DNA of 64,000 nucleotides from Felis catus (GCF_018350175.1 NC_058368.1:2046001-2110000), one strand, 5' to 3'. Positions 12,369 through 24,322 are shown, numbered from the stretch's first letter. Notes: generated from the sequence alone by a model not told the origin. A program made the numbers and translations.

Positions 12369-12547
12369 GGGGCTCCCGGGTGGCTCAGTCAGTGAAGCAT
12401 CCGGCTCTTGGCTTCAGGTCATGACCTCGTGGTTTGTGGGACGGAGCCCCACGTCAGGCTCCGTGCTGATACCGTAGAGCCTGCTTGAGAGGCTCTCTCT
12501 GCCCCTCCCCCACTCTCTCCCAAAATGATAAAACTTAGGAAAAAAGA
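12369..12547 (+). mobile_element. CAN-SINE
   Basis: GGGGCTCCCGGGTGGCTCAGTCAGT head and A-rich tail. Confidence 0.85.
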
Positions 12548-12619
12548 ACGGAAAGCTGCTGAAAGCTGGGGAAGAAGTAAGGCTTGGTTTGGGGCGGGGG
12601 TAAAGTTTGACATCACTTC

Positions 12620-13010
12620 TTAAGCTAAACAACTCGTAAGATCGACGAACGTTCACAGAGAACACACCCTGATGCGTAGCATCCAGATCAAGGAGTGTTG
12701 TCATGACAACTCCAGAAGCCCCCAGCCTCCCACAGACCCATGCTTCAAGGGGAACCTCGGTCACGACTTCCAGCACCAAGGGATCAGCCTGGCCAGTTTT
12801 TGAACTTCATGTCCGTGGCATTCCACGCTCCGTACTCTTTGTCCAGCTTATCTGGGCCAACACCGTTTGGCTATTCACACACCCGGTATGCAGCAAGAGG
12901 GCCCCTTTTTCACTGCCGTGTCGTGTTCCATTGTGTGAGCATCCTGGCCATCCACTCTGCCACCACAGGACACGTGGGTCAGTCCCGGTCTGGAGCTGCG
13001 GCAAACTGTG
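12620..13010 (-). mobile_element. Ancient L1M 3'-end fragment
   Basis: Degenerate L1M 3'UTR motifs (CCAGATCAAG...CCAGAAGCCCCC; TGGCCAGTTTTTGAACTTCAT). Confidence 0.55.
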
Positions 13011-14492
13011 CTGCTGCCTTAAGGCTGCTGAGCCCCCACGGCCCCGGCCCCAGATCTGAGGTGCTGAGTCCGCGGCCCGCTCTACGACACTGCTCCCACC
13101 GCCCTACCAAGTACTTTGCGCAGTTGCGGGCAGAGCCTTGGTGGTTCATGCGGTACCTTTGCGGGGCTATAAAAAGATGCCCCTTCGTCAAGTAAGTTCT
13201 TTGCGACTGTATTGTCGTACAACGCGAGCAACTCCTGCCCTGGGGAGCTTTCCAGAGCTCTGGGGACAGTGGCCTGGCTCGCTCTTAAACATACTGAGGC
13301 CACATGTCACGATCTATCACACACCCCGGGTGAGGGGGGCAGGTAAAGTCTGAACCACAAGGAGGGTGGTTCTTCAAGGCAGGTGACAGAGGAGAGATAT
13401 GATCGTACGTACTGTCCGGAATATGCGCGTATCGTGCGCATCACGTGACTTTATCCCGGCAGGTAACTCCCGCTGCTGCTCAGGTCATCTGCGAGCGGCC
13501 CAGAGTCTGCACACAGGCTGCACACGCCCTCACGGAAGTGAGCACTTACACGACGTGAGGCATGCCCTTTTACGTGCAAGGCCCTTGAACCGTGCACAAC
13601 GTGAACACTCACACAGGCGGTCCTGTTACTAGGTCTTAGGGAAGCAGAAAATAATGGCAAGCCTCTGACTTTAAGGCGCTCAGAGTCTAAGATGGGAGAC
13701 AGAGGGGAGGATTGGTTACTTGCCTAATGTGACAATAAAAGTCTTCCCAAAGAATTATGGGGTCTGAAACGGAATAGCAGCCGGAGAACGGAGAGAAGTG
13801 GGTGGGTTCAACAGCAGCTAAGAACCAGAACCTGTCAGGGTTGGTGACGTTCACCAGAGGACTGCTCTGGAAGAGGCGGCCAGGTTTTTGGTCTGGAAAC
13901 CAGAGCTGATGGCAGTACCGTCCTCTGAGCCACGACAACCGTCGGCACAGGGAGCACCGTCCAGAAAGCAGCCTTGGCGGGGACGGAGGAGGGCAGTTAT
14001 CGGGAAGTGAGGACACGTCTGGGGGAGGCTGATTCAGAAGACTGCCGTTCGGTGCAAAGGAAACAGCAGCTGGAGGTGAGAAGCCGGGCTCCCGCCCCCA
14101 GCTCTGGCACTTGGCTCCGTGAGCTGGGCCAACACTTCCCCTCTCGGAGCTTCGGTTTCCGGCTGGGCAACAAGCCTCCCTCTGTCTCCCTGACAGGGCT
14201 GCTCGGGAGATCACAGGTGAAGCCGCCTGTGACATCACTCTCCTCTGTAACGCACAACACCCTGGCCAATTATTAGAGTTACTAATAAGTTCAGGACTCA
14301 GAATCAGTAAAAACGGCTTTAATCAAGTCAAGAGACCACACCAGGGCAAACTGCAGACGGGCTCAGTGGAAAAGGCACCAAACTGAATGTAGAAACACGG
14401 GTATTTCATGCTCACTCCGTGTGCCTCCTCTTTAAATATTCGATAACCGTGCTTCAAAAGTTAAAGTATCTTCCTTGTTAAAGAAAAAAAAA

Positions 14493-14728
14493 AGGGGGCG
14501 CCTGGGTGGCTCAGTCGGTTGAGCGTCCGACTTCAGCTCAGGTCACGATCTCGCGGTCCGTGAGTTCGAGCCCCGCATCAGGCTCTGGGCTGATGGCTCA
14601 GAGCCTGGAGCCTGCTTCCGATTCTGTGTCTCCCTCTCTCTCTGCCCCTCCCCCGTTCATGCTCTGTCTCTCTCTGTCTCAAAAATAAATAAATGTTAAA
14701 AAAAAATAAAAAAAAAAAGAAAAGAAAA
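14493..14728 (+). mobile_element. Young felid CAN-SINE
   Basis: Near-consensus full-length copy with a long A-rich tail. Confidence 0.95.
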
Positions 14729-15339
14729 GCACAGAGAGAGAAAAACTTAAGTCATTTGACTTCATGTTTAAAACACGTGCCTTCAGCCGGGCCCAGGATG
14801 TTCAGTTCTGAGCAGTACATGAGTTTCGAGAAGCCGACTGCTTCCCGACCAGCCAGAATCCGGTTCAATCTGTAGGACTCTGGGCAACTTAAAAGCAACA
14901 AATTCTTCCTTCCTTCTGGAACCTGGCAAGACCGTTGTCTCTGCTAGGAACAAATACCATTCCCGGCCCGATTCACTTATGCCTCCCAGAATTCTCAGCT
15001 TAAAACTCCCCTCCGCAGAAGGACCTTCCTGCCCACCCAATCTCAGAGACCCTGCTGTCCACTCCCAGCCTTCCCACAGTGCCATCACAGCGTATAGTGT
15101 GGGACTCCTCTGGAGTCACCTCCCCGGGAGGCTCCGGGGGACAGGAGCACCTGCGGTGGGGTACAGGCAGTGCAGGAACACGGCTGGCACAAGGCGGTGC
15201 ACACGGGAGGCCCCCAGGAAACAGCAGAGCTCTGCCCTGGGACTTAAGACGCGGCCCAAACGAAACATCCCCGAGTGAAGCTCACACATAACTATGATCA
15301 AAGTCGCACAACTACAGTCCGTCAGTCAGCCAAGAACAG

Positions 15340-15686
15340 GAACGCAGCTGTGACACAGGCCACTATATGGCTGGACCGTGAGAACATCATGCTAAGTGAA
15401 ATAAGCCAGACACAGGAGGACACACACTGCATCATTCTGCTTACATGAGGCATCTAGAACAGGCAACCTGAGAGAGACAAAGCGGAAATGGAGATGACCA
15501 GGGCCCAGGGCAATGGGGAACTACCGTCTAGTGCAGAGAGTGTTTGTATGGATGATGAAAAAGCCTGGAGGGCAGACGGGGGTGACGATTCCAAGAACAA
15601 CGTGAATGTACCTCATGCGGCTGATTTATACACTCGTGAGTGGCTAAAATGACACGTACTATGTACAATTCACTTTCATAAAAAAT
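15340..15686 (+). mobile_element. Old L1M (L1MB-like) 3' end
   Basis: CATCATGCTAAGTGAAATAAGCCAGACACA...GATGATGAAAAAG...GTGAATGTAC motifs. Confidence 0.75.
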
Positions 15687-15872
15687 GGGGAAAAACCATC
15701 TAACTATTCACGTTTAGCTAACTAGCGTTTGGAGAATGGTTCCCTTTCTAAACACAGCTACACATGCAGAGACTGGACCTCAGGATGGGGCGCTGACAGG
15801 GGGGCAAAGTCCCCTCCCGGAGTGAAGTCTAATCTGCCGATGGCACACACGCCCATGCAAGGGCACCCCCCC

Positions 15873-15986
15873 CACACCCCCACCGCCAGGATGCTGACCG
15901 TCACCCCCACCGTCACCCTCACCGCCAGGATGCTGACCGCCCCCCCCCCGTCACCCCCACTGTCACCCCTGCCACCAGGACGCTGA
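15873..15986. repeat. Short degenerate C-rich minisatellite
   Basis: Core CCGCCAGGATGCTGACCG occurs twice plus a degenerate third copy, interleaved with GTCACCCCCAC units. Confidence 0.7.
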
Positions 15987-18900
15987 AACACATGACAGGG
16001 AACAGCTTCTGCAGAGCCATGCTCCTAAGACACTTGGCAGCTTTAGGCACTCGAGTTTCCCACAAACACCCCAGTTATAAAGCCGACCAGCACAGGTGAG
16101 ACCAGCATTTCTGTGTTGCCGTCTGTATTTATTCCTGAGCCGAAAAATACCAAGTGGATGAACCCTTAAACAGAACCTGATCAGAGGTCTTGGTTTCTTT
16201 TCTTCTTGTTTGCCCCTCAACAGCTTATTATGAAAATTTTCAAACTACAGAGAAGTGGAAAGAATGACTCGGTGACACCCCATAAACCCACCACCCAGGA
16301 GAGCCCCTCCGCGTGGCAGGGAAGGAGGGCAGCACCCACTCTTCTCATGTTCTTTCCATCTTCCACCGTCGACTTACAGCAAGCGCCGGCCCTGCGACCA
16401 CCACAGGCACTGTCCTGTCTCCGTAGGCCAATATGTAAAATAGCTCCTCCGGGTAAACTGTGCTCCTGCCTGAACAATCTGGAAAGCAGGAAACTTTCCT
16501 TCAGTCTCATAAAGAACGAAAGTATTTTCGCAGCCTGAGACCTTGTATTTTAGGTTTTAGATTGAAGACAATCGATTTCATGGCCAAATTATGAACTTAG
16601 GAAAGAATTTTTCGTGGGAATACTCACTAAACTAAGACTGCAGCTGGAAATTAGTTCCTCTGACACGCCGCCATATCATTTTAATAAGTTCTTTCATCAA
16701 GAATTTCCTAAACACGACGACCCTACGGCCTCGTGGACATGGGTTTTAAGAAATGAGGGTACCAGGCAAGGTAGGTCTGGTTTGAGAAATTTGTTTGGTA
16801 TCATCAATCGATTTGAACATGCTTTAAAAGAAACTATAAGACTCCAGAATTTTAAAACCACAGCACAACCCACAAAACAAAAACTCCTCATTTTCAAACC
16901 TGGAGCTGAGACAACTACTTCAGTACAGGTGGCTCATAAAAACTGTTACGAGCGATTATCTGAAGCGTCTATTAATTTGGCGCCATCAACTCCAATCCCG
17001 ATCCTGGAAAGTGCTAAAGGTGTTCACGAACCTTTACTCTGATCTCTCTTAGTGCTTCGTAGACCCACACTGGTTGCTTAACGCCTATCAAGCACCAACC
17101 ACAGGATCCACCAGACCCACGTCTCTCAGGACCCACACTAATGATAAACATTGGCATTTTTTAAAAAATGGTATTTCTTGGGACTAAAATTCCACTTATA
17201 GTTGAAATCATATCCTTCCCATAATGAACTAGCAAAGCTGAAACTACATCAGGCGGCCGGGCCAGGCCTCCGGCCAGATGCTGAACGTCAGAATCACAAA
17301 CCACCACGCTGATGGGCCTCTCCATTGTGTCCAGGCCAGGAAACCACACAACGGGGGCCATACCCCTCATAACGAGGGTCTTGGAGGAAATCAATGATTA
17401 CATTCCTCTGGGGATCCAGGAAAAGTCCCCCCCAAAACAGTGCCATCACAAGGCTGTAGTGGGCTGAGAAGTGCCATAGGTGTGCCAAAAACTGCTGGAT
17501 ATTATGAGGTCTCACCCAGATGGAACAAGGTCTCACCTCTAAATAAGCTTACTATGTAGAAGAAAAACAAACCATCACATTCTCTATAGTTCTGTACCCG
17601 ATATCTGTAGGATACGTATGTATGCATTATGAGCAACGGCATAAAAAAAAATGGAACCACAGAAGTCTGTACTCAAGATTACTCAAGTGACCAGGTTGTA
17701 GATAAATTTATTATCCGTCATTTGCAGCATTCCTAACAGCAAGCAAGCAGCTGTACAGGATGGGTCTCCTTATCTTCAACTCCATACCCGAGCAAGGGTT
17801 TTCAATCTTTGGGAAGGCCCTGCTTCCTCCCCCTCCAAATTTCAGACATACGCCAGCTAGGGAGTCAGGACACCCATCCCATTTGAGAGCCCCTGCTATG
17901 GACAGAGGTAACACTGTGACTGTGCAAAGAATCCGAGTACATGTGCCTGTTTGGGAAAAATCTGTTACAGAAAGGATCATTTCAGCAAAACTGGAAAGGC
18001 TAAAGGGCTATGATTTGATGAAGGAAGTGTGAAGCTATTCTTAGAGCCTGGAACTTCCTGTGAAAAGGCTCAAACATACAAGAGAAAGATGAACAGGCAG
18101 ACAGTGTCGGGGAGGGGGCAGGTACCGTCTGGGTACATTTAATGAAAACACAGGAGTGAGACTCCTGAGGTAGGATGAGGTTAATTAGTAATGGAACCCG
18201 CTGGTCCTTAGCATTCCTCATCAGGAAAACTGCCTGGAGGCAGGGAGGCCAATACTCCAACCAAGGCCCACTCCAGTCAAAAGCCAGCTTACATCCGTAA
18301 GATCTTTGCCATCCTTGCTAACTTAGAGGCTACAGAATCTACACTACGCCAAAATATAACAATAACTAGCTGTCCATAAACTTACACCACTGCTACAAAA
18401 TACGAGATGTTTCACTTGTCCTCCAGAGAAATTCCTCTGAATGTCAAACGTTAGCACACGAGCGAGAAGTATTTAATTAGCTTAAAAAACTGCTTGTCAC
18501 CATTAGGTGGCCATGGTCTAGATGGTAAGCAACATAAGGTTTTGTTTTCATGTGGTGACCGGCCAACATTCAGCAATGTCAAATTTCTGTCCTAATTTTA
18601 GTATCACCAACATTATCTTTATTTCCACTATTAACCCGTTTGAATAATACTTCCAAATGAAACGATAAATCGAGTAACAGTCGCTTAAAAAAAACAATCC
18701 TGAGAGAATAGCTAACACTTAATGAAACGGGTGGTCCGAGCAGGGCTATGGTCAAATACCAGGAACCGTTCAAAGGCGCCGTGTGTAATAATGGCCTGCT
18801 TCCTAGAGCATCATCCACCCGACATCCAATAGGAGCGGTGACCCCTGGACTTGTGCCACAGAGGCCCAGATCTGTCCAGAGGAATTACTGAGCAATAGGC

Positions 18901-21067
18901 CTTTTTAAAAGGGAAGGAGATTCAGAGACTTTTTTCAGCTGGAAGTCAGTCACTTTAGGGATTATCAAGCCCGACCCCTTCATTCTGCAGATCGGGATAC
19001 CTTGCTCCTTCTTAAACAGATTTACAGTCAAGACAAATTAAATGCGCTGCGTTCTCTTCTGTATTTCTTCAAGCCATTTTTTAGAGGTCAGGAAGGAATA
19101 CTGTTGAGAAGTTTTACATCATCACCATGAAATAAAATATAAAAACGGCTTTTCGAAAACTGTGTCGGTCTGGTTTTTCCAATCCAAAGCAGAACGCCCC
19201 CCCTCCCCCAAGCTTTCCAAATCCTACCCAGTGTTTGTGGCGAATTTATCAGCTTCAACACCTTCCCCCCCCCCCCCCCCCCCCACACACACACCAGAAT
19301 AGTGGGATCTAGGAGCCTAGGGCTGGCTATTTACAACACAGCATTTAAAATAACAAGTCAAAGTATTGTAGAAACACTCCCCTCCCACCAAAGGAAAGTC
19401 CCTCCCATCAACCCTGTGATTTGCTACGGAAAGAAACATGTAGAATTCCAATATACACTCAGGTCAAAACCATTTCCAACTAGATGCAGAGGCTAGTAGA
19501 ATCTTTTCCAATTCTAAAATTTCATGATTCTAGTAATTGACCTTAATAATTTTGTGTGATGTCTTCTGCAGATACTATCTTAAACGGCTTGACATTTGGA
19601 GATTTATTAAATGTTCGGCAATTTTAATTTCAAAGGAATGCTGGTGTATTCATGAAACAGTGTTCTATATACCTGGATAATGAGTCCAAATTTTATGAGA
19701 CGCTGAATAACGTAGTGTCTTGTTAATTATAATTTAAAACAGACTTTCTTAAACAGTCTCTGCATTCTTATTTTGTAAGATTGTTGTTACTACCTTACTA
19801 CAACAGCCGCTAAACAAAAAATTAAAAGATACAAAGCCTCTTAGTCTCTTGATTTAGCCCTCAAAATCAGTGGTCCATCGTGGAGGGATTTACCCCGAGA
19901 TTCAACTAAATATATGGACCAAGATGTACTTATACAAATTTCCTAACAATAAGCCATTGTTAAAGGAAGGCCCCTCATCTACTAAACTTTAAGTTTAAAC
20001 CGAACACTTGTACAAAGACAACACACGTTTTGTGACTTTCATGTCAAATTTCAGTATATTTAAGTTTCTTAGTAAAATGTGGGTAAACATTTGCCGAATA
20101 CTTTGGGAAACGCGTTCTTTGGCCCCTGAATTTTTATCTGCAAACTCATAGTCTCTGCTTAACAGCACTATTAAACGATTTTTTTTAAAGTCTAGATTAA
20201 TACTATATTGAGAGCACGCTCACTTATATCCTACACGGTGCGAAAATGTAAAAGTTCTTGTTTAACATTTTGTCATCACAAAGCTACAAATAAAGAGTAC
20301 TTCCACCGTTACGCTTGCAAGAAGAAAAAAAAAAACCTTCTAATTCGAAGGGCTCAGATCAGGTGGCCAGCAGCCCTCCAACACCGGGGCCCCCCGCGCC
20401 GTCAGGTGAGTTTCACCTCCTTTGGGGACCGGCCTTCCCCTCCTCCCCCCGGGGCACTGGGGACCCGGAATCAACAAACTACAGGTTTGCTCCAGGCTGA
20501 CACTCCCGCCCAACCCCGCGCGCCAGACTTCACCCCGAGGGAGATGCTCTTCCAGAAGTTCCGAAGGCAGGCTTGCGCAGAAGCGACTGGCAAAACTCGC
20601 CTTAACTCAGAATCCGCACCTCCGGGGTCCGGCAGGGGAGCCAACTGCACGTGAGGTTGCATCAGAAAAGACGAGCTCCAGAAAGTCGGCTAAACTAGGG
20701 CGCAGGAAAGGCGTGTTATGCAACGGCCGCCGCTCTCGCGGCCGAGAAGGCGCCCCTGAAGCTCGGGCTGCGACCCGCGAGGACCCGGAGGCACACTCGG
20801 AGAGGTCGGGGCGCGCGCCGGCCGGGCGTCGCCGGGGGCCGTGCGGGCGGCGCGGCCCGCTGGGAGGAGGGGGGGGGGGGGGACGGGCGCACGGCCCGCG
20901 AGGCCACGACGCCGAGGCCTGTGCAGGGACGACGGCGCGGCCCCCGTAGACGGCGGCGCGGTGGACGCGGGATCCCGGCGCTGTCGGGCCGCGCGGCCGC
21001 GCCCGGCCCGGCCTGGGGGTAAAAGCCCAGCTCCCCCCCGGGCCGCCCCTGCCCCGCCGGGAGCCCG

Positions 21068-21094
21068 GCCGCCGCCGCCGCCGCCGCCGCCGCC
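21068..21094. repeat. (GCC)9 trinucleotide repeat in the intron 1 part of the CpG island
   Basis: Nine uninterrupted GCC units read directly. Confidence 0.9.
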
Positions 21095-21471
21095 CGGCGC
21101 ACAACAAAGCGGCGCAGCCCCGCCGGCCGGGCGCTCGCTCCCAACTTGCCCGGCCCCGCGGACGCCGGACGGCCCGCGACGACGCGCCGCCAGCGGAGGC
21201 GGCTCCGGGCCCGAGCCGGGCGGGGGCCGTGGCGGGGGAGTGGGGGGGGGGGGCAGGGCTCAGGGCTTCGCTCGGGACAAACTTCCTCGGCCGCCCCGCT
21301 CCCCGCCCCTCGGCCCGGCCGCCCCGCCGAGTCGGGCGCCCCTCCCGGAGCCGCGGCCCGCGGCGGCCCGAGGGCGGGCGCGGGGAGCCCCAGGGCCCCG
21401 CCGGCCCGCGGAAACTTCCAGCCGCCCCGCCGCGGCCCCTGGCCGCACGCCCCCCGCCCCTGCCCCTTCAC

Positions 21472-21706
21472 CTCCTGGGGCGCGGTCTACACCCTCCGGG
21501 GCGTCCTCGCCCGCGGCTCCGGGGCCTCGCGCGCCGGGGGACCGGGCGCCGGTGGCTGGAGCTGCTGTTGGCCCCGCGGGGACGGGGGAGCCCCGGGCGG
21601 CGGCGACGCGGGCGGCGGCTGCTCCATCTTCCCGGGGCGCTCACGCCGAGGTTCCAGCGCGCAGACCCAAGTGGGACATTCGCTACATTGTTGGCATTCC
21701 ACGGGC
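21472..21706 (-). other. LATS2: LATS2 non-coding exon 1 (TSS approximate)
   Basis: Lies in the CpG island and ends in the donor CAGGAG|GTGAAG (GT at 21471-21470), followed by intronic G-runs. The sequence GCCCGTGGAATGCCAACAATGTAGCGAATGTCCCAC... resembles the mammalian LATS2 mRNA leader as I recall it (not aligned). Confidence 0.75.
21695..21700. promoter_or_regulatory. TEAD (MCAT) motif CATTCC
   Basis: GGCATTCCAC at the TSS; LATS2 is an established YAP/TAZ-TEAD feedback target. Confidence 0.55.
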
Positions 21707-21716
21707 GTCACGTGAC
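21707..21716. promoter_or_regulatory. Palindromic extended E-box GTCACGTGAC (CLEAR/USF type)
   Basis: Exact 10-bp palindrome immediately upstream of the inferred TSS. Confidence 0.6.
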
Positions 21717-23029
21717 CCCGCCTCCCGCGTCACTCTCGGCCGCATACCAGCCCGGGCGGGGCGCCTGCGGCCCTGGCTGCTCGGCGGCCGGCCCGCCCCG
21801 CTCCGCCCCGCCGCCGCTTCCTGCCTCCCGGTCGCGGCCGCCCCAGCCCGCCGCCACCTGCCCGCGGCCTCCCCGCCGGCGCTCGCGGACCTTTCTGCCG
21901 CTCTGTCACCCGCCCCCGGCTCCAGTACTGCCCCTTCGACCGCGCTGGTATGAAAGTTGGTAACTCCGTCCTTAAAGCCGCCGTTAGGCATCTCAGACCA
22001 GCCTTGGTGGAGAAAGTAAGTTAACAGGCCTGAAGGAGCCACCGAGTTACCAAACAGACGCCAGCTGCTGAGAGTAAGGGCAGAAGAGGACAGACGGCCG
22101 TTTGTCCGTGGCATCAAGTACTAAAGAAGGACGTCCGGATGTGTATCCAAATGTAATCAGTTTGAGTTCAGTGCAGCCCCACGGCCGTGGCTATTTTGTC
22201 TGCGGGAAGTGTCTCGCGATGCGCGTGTTTCAAGACTATGTGGATGGTCTCGTAGACCAGCAAGTGACTTTTGCAATCCAGCCCCTCGACTGTCTTTCCA
22301 TTTGTGAGCTCTGGATGCGGTACAGGGCATATGCAGGGATTGTGCGGAGACGTGAGCTCGTGCTTCCTGCCACGCACAGACTGCGGCAGGTGATGGTAGG
22401 GACCAGCATCGTTGTAAAAGCAAATCCAGTTTCCTTTTTCATTAACAAACTCTTGTGAAGTTTTTAAATTTTAATTTGAAAAGAAACGGTAACGAAGGTC
22501 GTCGTGTCCGGACGTTTTTCACGACCTTACCAGTCCCCGGTCTGTCCTGCTGTGCTCTCGCCTCTCTCCCTGCCACCTAGGCTTCCAGCCCTGCCTCTGC
22601 CTTAGCTCTTCCAGGGGATCTTCCCACACAGCCCTCCTGTTTTCTGTCCGCTTTGAGCTCTGGTAATGAAACCATTCTTGTGCAACTTAGAATTCAATTT
22701 TATTTTTCAGTCTTATCCCGCACTCTATCCAGGCATCTTGCGCGGTTAAGTCCCCCGCGGATAATCCGTAATTACATCCCTCTTGCCCTCACCTGTGTAC
22801 CTCTTCACTCCCCCAGCGACCTTACTTTTTCCTCCCTGGCCCCCAGCGGGCTGGGCTGGTTGACATTCTTCTTTGCGTGTGTTTTAAGGTCCCGCCCTTG
22901 CTGTCTTCAAAGATGTCAACATAATTTTTAAAAAAATGTTTTTTTGGTCAAAGAAATATTGTAAATAAAAGGAATTTAGTGGGCCTTAAAATTATGTGTA
23001 AAAACCCTTACAAAATTTTGTAATTAGTT

Positions 23030-23430
23030 ACAGCATTGTTTGCAATAGTGAAAAATCCAGAAGAACGTAAAATATCCAGCAATAGGGAATAGTGGGAAAA
23101 TAAAAGGTAGATATTCACATGACAATAGAGCTAAGTGAATGAACTAGCTGTATACTTTTCAAAGGATGAATGAGAGAATTCAATTGGAGAGTGGAAAAAA
23201 GTAAGTTGCAGAACTATATATACACTATGATACCGTATTCATAAATAAATACCACAGAACCTATACTAATCCCGTACTTTTATGAGTATAGACATGGAGA
23301 CTGCAAGAAGATGCACCCAATTCAGGACAGCTGTTGCCTACGTGGAAGGAGGGAAACCAGACTGAGGAGGGAAGAATGAGGACTTGAACTTTACCTCCAG
23401 TGTGTTACTTCTTGTATTTAAAAAAGCAAT
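23030..23430 (+). mobile_element. Ancient L1ME-like 3' fragment
   Basis: CAGCATTGTTTGCAATAGTGAAAA...AATATCCAGCAATAGGGAAT...AAGTAAGTTGCAGAAC. Confidence 0.6.
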
Positions 23431-24107
23431 GCAAAACTGTCAAAACCTTAAAATTTGTTGATTCCGGGCAAGTAGGTTCAATCATGCGTGCTGTGTTATC
23501 CTTTGTGCCTTTCTTTGAAAAAAATCTTTTGAAAATTTTCAAATATATATGGGAAGCAAAGTGGAAACAAGTAAGTTTCTAAATGGAAGCTTGCTTAGGG
23601 AAACTGACACACCTATGCAGGAGGATATTGTGATTAATGGTCATGTTTATTGTTTTTCTGGGTATGTGTTTATTGATGTGGAGTCATTCATTCCTTTGGG
23701 TTTTTTGTTTTTTATTTTTTGAGTACTGCTATGAGTCATGGGCTAAAAGCAGACACTGGGGATACCATGGAGAGCAAAACCACATGATTTATCCCCTGCT
23801 GGAGCTGACAGCCTTGTAGTGACATAATAGAGTACACTATCCAATTTTGTAAAATAATATAAGTGTATATATTTATTTTCAAAAGCTATATACAAAAATA
23901 TCTATTATATAACATGTAACACAAAAAAACTTAAACATACGTACATACATATATTTTTTTCTTTTTAAGTCCAGAAAAATATGCAGCAATGTTAAAAGTT
24001 GTAATTTCTGGATTTAGTGATTCTGGGTGATTTTTGTTTCGTTTATTTTATTATTTTTTATGTACTTGATTTTTCTTTATTCAAAAAAAATTTTTTAATT
24101 AACAAAA

Positions 24108-24322
24108 ATTTTTTTAAGTTTTTATTTTAGAGAGAGAGTGCACGCATGCTCGCGCTTGCTCATGAGTGAAGGAGGGACAGAGAGAGAGGGAGACACAGAA
24201 TCGGAAGCAGGCTCCAGGCTCTGAGCTGTCAGCACAGAGCCCGCCGCGGGGCTCGAACCTGTGAACAATGAGATCATGACCTGAGCTGAAGTTGGACACC
24301 TAACCAACTGAGCCACCCCAGT
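24108..24322 (-). mobile_element. CAN-SINE
   Basis: Reverse-complement consensus body; ORFs 24114 and 24122 are SINE translations. Confidence 0.92.

Larger units (their letters stand above)
20380..21990. promoter_or_regulatory. CpG-island promoter of LATS2
   Basis: About 1.6 kb of very GC- and CpG-rich sequence with several GGGCGG/CCGCCC GC boxes, upstream of exon 2 in the gene's orientation. Confidence 0.92.

Noticed and set aside
14493..14575. tRNA-like A/B-box sequences here and in other SINE heads
   Set aside because: These are tRNA-derived CAN-SINE heads, not tRNA genes.
15873..15986. Repeat-spacer-like pattern resembling a CRISPR array
   Set aside because: Only 2-3 degenerate units with low-complexity, mutually similar spacers in mammalian intronic DNA; it is a minisatellite.
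19265..19284. C20 homopolymer followed by (CA)n
   Set aside because: Simple low-complexity run with no further structure.
21741..21750. Alternative exon 1 donor CTG|GTATGC
   Set aside because: Lies upstream of the inferred TSS, and the 21472 donor fits the leader better. It cannot be excluded as a minor upstream exon.
20422..22117. Many overlapping long ORFs (up to 370 aa) on both strands
   Set aside because: Stop-codon depletion in the CpG island gives Ala/Arg/Pro/Gly-rich sequence, mostly with non-ATG starts. Only the ATG-initiated uORFs within exon 1 were kept.
22102..22458. 118-aa ORF divergent from the LATS2 promoter
   Set aside because: TTG start, no recognisable family and no supporting splice structure.
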